64,000 bases of DNA, taken from positions 992,001-1,056,000 of the forward strand of contig OX597821.1 in NCBI GenBank assembly GCA_951406725.2. The letters run 5' to 3'. Source of the stretch: Octopus vulgaris. Taxonomy: Eukaryota. Below, piece by piece: positions 57,513-64,000 of the stretch. Below the pieces are notes generated by a model that searched no databases, was not told the DNA's origin, and saw nothing but the letters and a program-made list of their open reading frames with translations. The position numbers and the translations under genes are program-made. Positions within the stretch are counted from its first letter, which is position 1. Every line of letters starts with the position of its first letter.

Positions 57513-57975
57513 TATTTAATACTATACATCTAGGATAATATATATATCATATTTACATTTATTCCCTTCTTCCTTTATGTGTTTCATACTAGGGCATCAT
57601 CAGTAACATCACCTTTTCAGCAAGCATTGCTATTTGGTTGGCTTTCGATGAATGAGGTAATTCGATATTGCTGCCCTCAATTGAGTTTCTTGCCGTGGTA
57701 TTAGCTTATCTGGGATCTTGGGCCGCAGAAGATTTTAAACCATTGTAACTCTCTTAGAAGTCAATTATTACATAAAGATAATATCTTTTAAATGCAGGAT
57801 CAGTGAATTGATTAGAGTCCTGTAATGAGTTCCACATATGAAAAGATCCTAGCTATTACTGATAATCTACTCAACTGAAGGCAAACGATATGCAGAAATA
57901 CCAAAATCATTTCTTGATCTCTTGGTACAAATTTTAGCGGCCACATTATCTACTGTCTGGAGAATATGGTTGCAA

Positions 57976-58195
57976 ATATAAAACGAACAGAAGTGACTGC
58001 CAGGAAGACCAACAACATTTCTTGATTTAAATTCGAGCATTCGCTTTGCTTGTTGTCTGCGGTATGTTGTTACGAATATAAAACGAACAGAAGTGACTGC
58101 CAGAAAGATCAAATCAACAATATTTCTTGTTATCTTGGTCTAAATTCTAGAATCCACCTTGTCTATTGTCTGCAGTGTGTTGTTGTGAATATAAC
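57976..58195. repeat. ~100-bp degenerate tandem duplication
   Basis: AATATAAAACGAACAGAAGTGACTGCCAG occurs at about 57976 and 58075. Confidence 0.85.
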
Positions 58196-58298
58196 CGGAT
58201 TACTCTACTCGATTTATATTTTTTCGATCTCGGTTAAACAAAAAGTAAAGATGATTTCGACGTGATTCGAAAACAGAATATCGCTAAATATTCTTATA

Positions 58299-58775
58299 GG
58301 CGCAGTAGTGGCTGTTTGGTAAGTAGCTTGCTTGCCAAAAACATGGTTCCGGGTTCAGTCCCACTGCGGGGTACCTTCGGCAAGTGTCTTCTACTATAGC
58401 CTCGGGCCGACCAAAGCCTTTTGAGTGGAAGAAGCCCGTCGTATATGTATATGTATGTGTGGGTATATGTTTGTGTGTCTGTTTGCCCCCCCCCTAACAT
58501 CGCTTGGTAGACGGAAACTGAAAGAAGACCGTCGTATATATGTATATGTACATAGATGTGTGTGTTTGTGTGTCTCTGTTTGTCCCCCAACATCACTTGA
58601 CAACCGATGCTGGTGTGCTTACGTCCCCGTAACTTAGCGGTTCGGCAAAAGAGACCGATAGAATAAGTACTAGGCTTACAAAGAATAAGTCCTGGGGTCG
58701 ATTTGCTCGACTAAAGGCGGTGCTCCAGCATGGCCGCAGTCAAATGACTGAACCAAGTAAAAGAGTAAAAGAGTA
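58299..58775 (+). mobile_element. SINE family A with internal deletion and duplication
   Basis: The AAGAAGCCCGTCGTATATG..CCCCAACATC segment is present twice; tail (AAAAGAGT)n. Confidence 0.9.
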
Positions 58776-59332
58776 AATATGGCAAGGTAGGCATTATTTC
58801 GTTCCTCTACCGATTCTTGCAGTTCGCTGTTTTGTATAACATGAGATAATATGTCGTTATACGTTTGAATTTCAGGTTACATAATGTTTCTCGTACCACG
58901 GTTGCAATGTTTCCTGGTGCTGTGCATATCCGGTGCACAGGCATGCTATTATTTTGTACTGTGGGCGTTTGTTATGTACTTCCTAGAGGTATGTACGCAT
59001 ATCAGACTTGCCCTTGTCACTTGATATACTGACGATGCTAATTCTTTGTATGCTCAACTCCTGATGGAGCTAGCTTTAGGGCAGCTGTCGTAACAGACGG
59101 TGTATCATGGGTACTTTAAACCTATCAGAGCCATCATCTCTCTAAAACTGTGACCTAGGTTATAAGTTTTTAGCGGGTCAATAGCAGTGTGCCGGAAGCT
59201 GTCTAGAATTGAAATGAATCTTGATTTCTCTCGTTTGTAGTTTGCCGATATCATTCAGGTTATAATATCGACATGATATCAAATATGAAAGGAATGAAAG
59301 TGAAAGTAACTTTTCATTTCTTTTATCTACAG

Positions 59333-59490
59333 ATGGCAAGTTGAAAGATTTTTTAAAGAGCAGAATAGAATTCCTCGTCGAATTCATTCCTGCTTGGTTC
59401 GTTCAGAGTTCGAAATCTATCGATGTCAGTTTTGCCCCTCAGCATTTTTGAACCGATAGATAAAATACCATCCAATACTGGTATCAATTC
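59333..59490 (+). mobile_element. Decayed SINE family D
   Basis: GTTCAGAGTTCGAAATCT..GTCAGTTTTGCCCCTCAGCATTTT..CGATAGATAAAATACCA..ATACTGG. Confidence 0.5.
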
Positions 59491-60033
59491 TTTCAATTCT
59501 TTTCACTCACTCACTCTGTTTGTCACTCATCATTTCTCTTTTTGATGGCTAAACGCATTTAAAGTTTGATATTGTATTACTATTATTTCTAAATGCAAAC
59601 GAATAGGAGTGTTACGTGAAACTAATTTTCAAAGTATTGTCGTTCAACCCACTCTACACTTGTCAATATGCGGTCTACCGATTTTTCTTTTGAGTTCTTT
59701 TCTCTCTCTCTCTCTTCCCCTCTCTCTCTCTTTTTATATATGTCTCCGAAACGATAACTGTCGCTAGTATCATCACTAGCAAAGAATCAGTCCTGTTAAC
59801 TATAATTTGTATGTATAAATACTGTCAGTAACTCCAATCACATCATTTAGAAGAATATGAAGCGAAGATTAGGATTCGAAATAAGATTAGGATTCCAAAG
59901 AAATTACGCGGAAATAAAACAGAACTTCAATAAAAGATAAAGATAAAAAACAAAACTCAGTTGTTCTTTCAATATATATTTAAAGGAACAGCTTTTTCTC
60001 TTCCTCTCAACCCATCTTTGTATGTACTATATT

Positions 60034-60075
<42 letters not shown>

Positions 60076-60110
60076 GCGGCTTACGTACACTTTGTTCTCT
60101 TATATATATA

Positions 60111-60530
60111 GGCGCAGGAGTGGCTGTGTGGTAAGTAGCTTGCTTACCAACCACATGGTTCCGGGTTCAGTCCCACTGCATGGCACCTTGGGCAAGTATC
60201 TTCTACTATAGCCTCGGGCCAACCAAAGCCTTGTGAGTGGATTTGGTAAACGGAAACTGGAAGAAACCCGACGTATATGTGTATATATACATGTATATGT
60301 ATGTGTGTATATGTTTGTGTGTCTGTTTGTCCCTCCTCCCAACATTGCTTAACAACCGATGCTGGTGTGTTAAAGTCCTCATAACTTAGCGTTTCAGCAA
60401 AAGAGAAGGATAGAATAAGTACTAGGCTTACAAAGAATAAGCTCTGGGGTCGATTTGCTCGACTAAAGGCGGCACTCCAGCATGGCCGCACTCAAATGAT
60501 TGAACAAGTAAAAGAATAAGAGAGTAAAGA
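60111..60530 (+). mobile_element. SINE family A, full length
   Basis: Complete head (A/B boxes), body, internal microsatellite and tail. Confidence 0.92.
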
Positions 60531-60537
60531 TATATAA

Positions 60538-60577
<40 letters not shown>

Positions 60578-61788
60578 TTCACATACATACACACACATGT
60601 ATTTACATATACCTGTATACATTAAAAGACATACACCTGCACTCCTAATTCCTCTATACAGAGTAGATAGGCAGGTGGGCTATCAATACTTAAGAAGAGC
60701 AAGATTAAAGCATCAGTCATATCTTTAATTCTTAACACTTCGAAGTAATTCATCCAAGATTCAGTTTTTTACTGAAGAAATCTGTCTCTTGTGTAGAGAT
60801 ATGCGTAATGTACGCCAGGTATAACCTGGAATATATTACATCAATATCAAGCAGTATAAAGTAGATGATATGAGATTCTTCGATTTACGCAATTACGCAC
60901 ACACACATATACACACACAAACACACACACGCTCACAATGCATCCATTAAAACATGCATGCAACAATTCCATTTATTCCATCATCGCAAGTCCTTCTCAT
61001 CACTTATATACATTTGCAGCTGAAAAGATAAAAAGAAGAAACGACCAGCATCACTTAGTGAATATTATAAGCTTGACTCGTATTATTTTGGAATGTTCCT
61101 GCAAGTGATACGAACATTCTGAAATGCTGAAATTTGTGTCTCACAGAGAAACGTCATATTTTTAACCCCCTACATCGTAGTCTTAAACAAAAGACCCGAA
61201 CTTATTTCGGAGTGTAAGCAGTGCTCTAAGTTTCTTTCCTTTAAACACACACTCCTGCTGCGTAGCGGTGAATGAGAGTTAAGATCATAAACGACAGGGC
61301 TACTTGCTTCCACCAAGTACAATTTAAAACATTTAGCATCAATCAATATTGTCTTTTTAATCCAGAGATAGATGGAGAGACTTTCAAAAAACGATATCTT
61401 CAGGCATCGCTTACGAAATCCTGATTATCTTAAAACAAGAGAGCCACCTACAGACACATATAAATGCACACAGATCAGCTTTGTCAAGCTTTTCTAATTC
61501 GTTGATGCAAATTTTCTCCGGCAGATGACCTTCCTGTTGCCAAGCGTCATTTGTTTTGCTATGTGAAGAAAAAGAAGCAAAAATACACACACATGCATGT
61601 GTTTGTCTATATATATATATACATACATATATGCTAATGTGCACAGACACTCACGAACACACACGCACACATATATAAGTTTAAAAGTATATATATATAT
61701 ATGTTCTGAATATAAGTGTGTGCATATATATAAATATACGTATACAGATAGATACACACACACAAACACACACGTATGTATGTGTATG

Positions 61789-61849
<61 letters not shown>

Positions 61850-61943
61850 GAATATATATCTATATGTATGTATGTGTATATATATGAGTGTGTATGTTTT
61901 TATGTACCTATCATTATATCTATATATATGTATCTATTTATAT

Positions 61944-62003
<60 letters not shown>

Positions 62004-62479
62004 ATATATATAAATACATGCGCATATACACACACACATATATATAGATACATACATGCATATATATATATATACTCATTTATACATATATACATATGTG
62101 TATATATATATATATATATATTTGTGTGTGTGTTTGTGTTCGCCTGTGCCCCCGAGTGTGTGTACACATAAAAGAAGGTAGTGTTGCAACATGTCCGTCA
62201 TAATAGCTTTATTAACCTGAAGAAAATACCAACGAGATAATACCGATGTATTTCTATATCTTCTTTATGTCAGTATCTCATCATATCTCCTTTGATATTA
62301 TTTCCTCCATTCTTTTATATTTGTGTTCCGTTCATTCCTTTAATTATGATACAATGTATTTCATTGCTATATTCAGTTTCACTTTCACTCTCTTGTCATT
62401 CAATCTCCTTTTTTATATTTTATTCTCTCCTGCATTCATGCATTTCCTCTTCCGTTTTTTCGTTACATACACATTTAGT

Positions 62480-62562
62480 ATTTATAAATGTGTATGTAAA
62501 TACATATATACATACATACATACATATATATGTATAATGTGTGTCTCTGTATGTATGTATGT

Positions 62563-62596
<34 letters not shown>

Positions 62597-62621
62597 CTGT
62601 GTATGTATGTATGTATATATA

Positions 62622-62666
<45 letters not shown>

Positions 62667-62697
62667 GTATATATATATGTATATATATATGTATATA

Positions 62698-62744
<47 letters not shown>

Positions 62745-63020
62745 GTATATATATATGTATATATATATATATACATATATATATATACATATATATATAC
62801 ATATATACATATATATATACATATGTATATATATCTATATATATATGTATATATATATATATATGTATATATATATGTATATGTATATGTATATATATAT
62901 ATGTATATATATATGTATATATATGTGTGTGTGTATATGCACATATATATATATATACATACGTACACATATTACGTATATATATACTTATAATTATATA
63001 TATACTTATAAGTATATATA
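62480..63020. repeat. Compound (TA)n/(TATATATATG)n array
   Basis: Direct reading. Confidence 0.95.
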
Positions 63021-63277
63021 AAACTGTGTACTTACATATAAGAGACCAAAGTGTACGTACGCCAAATATACATATATATATAATACAAATTGGACAAGAA
63101 TGAATAACATCCAGGGACAACAAAACATCCAGATAGACGATACAAAGAAAACAAGGACGGGTCATTGGCAGCCCTCTATCCTCACTCAAGCACAAGGTTA
63201 TCCTCGCAATTTCGGTTGATTATTCTTGAGATTGCTTTAATCTGGCAAGTCCCAAGGAAAAACAAGCTAAGATTATT

Positions 63278-63767
63278 GCAGATCCTTCTGAAGTTCCAAG
63301 TGTTATGCATATAAAATTTCCTGCTACTGCCATGGTTTCAAGAGTTGTCAGCGACGAAGGACATGTGATGCCTCCTTGTTTCTTTCCACAAGCCCTTAGA
63401 GTTAACTCTGCCGCCTACATTGATGTCCTGTTAATAATTGTAAAGCCAGTGTTTGCAATGGGAGGCCTTATATGTTTCAGTAAGACTCTGCACTAACACA
63501 CATGGCTCTTGTAACACAGGAATGGATGGTTGAACATTTTTAAGATCACATAACCTCTAACATTTGGCCTCCTAATTCCTCAGATCCCATTGGATTATTA
63601 CATGTGGAGTGTTGTTAAGAGAGAGGTCAATGAACACGCCTATAACACCAGATTCTTTGAAAGCTACCATAGTCATAGTAATGTCCAAAATGAACCAGAA
63701 CCACTTGATTCGAGTATGCAGATGATTTAGCTCTCACGTTGAAGCTGAAGGTGGTTTTATTGAATAG
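63278..63767 (+). pseudogene. DD37D (maT-like) mariner-superfamily transposase C-terminal remnant
   Basis: ADPSEVPSVMHIKFPA..VVSDEGHVMPPCFF..LRVN..; GRPYMFQ*DSA..WPPNSSD-(5-nt deletion)-PLDYYMWS..EGGFIE*. Restoring LN gives 37 residues between the two Ds. Confidence 0.85.
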
Positions 63768-63837
63768 CATTACAGAAAAGAATTTATTTTTATACTCATA
63801 GTATTTTATGATAAATAAAGGAATGGCTACAAGATGT

Positions 63838-64000
63838 AGGAGTGGCTGCGTGGTAAGTAGCTTGCTTACCAACCACATGGTTCCGAGTTCAGTCCCACTG
63901 GGTGGTACCTTCGGCAAGTGTCTTCTACTATAGCGTCGGGCCAACCAAAACCTTGTGAGTGGATTTGGTAGACGGAAACTGAAAGAATCCCGTCGTATAT
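63838..64000 (+). mobile_element. SINE family A, 5' half (runs off the window end)
   Basis: AGGAGTGGCTGCGTGGTAAGTAGCTTGCTTACCAACCACATGG..GAAACTGAAAGAATCCCGTCG. Confidence 0.9.

Noticed and set aside
57570-57612. Minus-strand CTGATGA-tgccctagtat-GAAA motif
   Set aside because: Stem III, the NUH site and stem I do not form; at best a decayed hammerhead.
57610-57970. Possible decayed LINE 3' ORF on the minus strand (MWNSL)
   Set aside because: A single short motif among many stops; cannot be supported by eye.
59022-59107. CTGACGA flanked by a TGATATA/TGTATCA helix
   Set aside because: No GAAA core or valid cleavage triplet.

Overview
Eukaryotic, extremely microsatellite-rich DNA. The SINE families and simple-repeat density point to an octopus/coleoid cephalopod genome (inference). 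Nearly all ORFs in the track are microsatellite artefacts. The only credible host coding sequence is the first coding exon of a CELF3-6/Bruno-like RNA-binding protein gene on the minus strand (39015-38730), followed by a >38 kb intron with no recognisable next exon in the window. The rest is mobile-element material: at least four tRNA-derived SINE families, three short non-autonomous Helitrons, a full-length but inactivated IR/DR-type Tc1 (DD34E), a DD37D mariner remnant, a 5'-truncated Penelope-like (Neptune-type GIY-YIG) retroelement and a tRNA-Asn-derived pseudogene. The most striking signal is five or six sequence-unrelated type I hammerhead ribozyme motifs between 43.3 and 57.5 kb. One ends the Penelope-like element, others lie in short non-coding (sometimes fold-back) modules, and two carry unusually long stem II insertions. 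All folds were checked by eye only.
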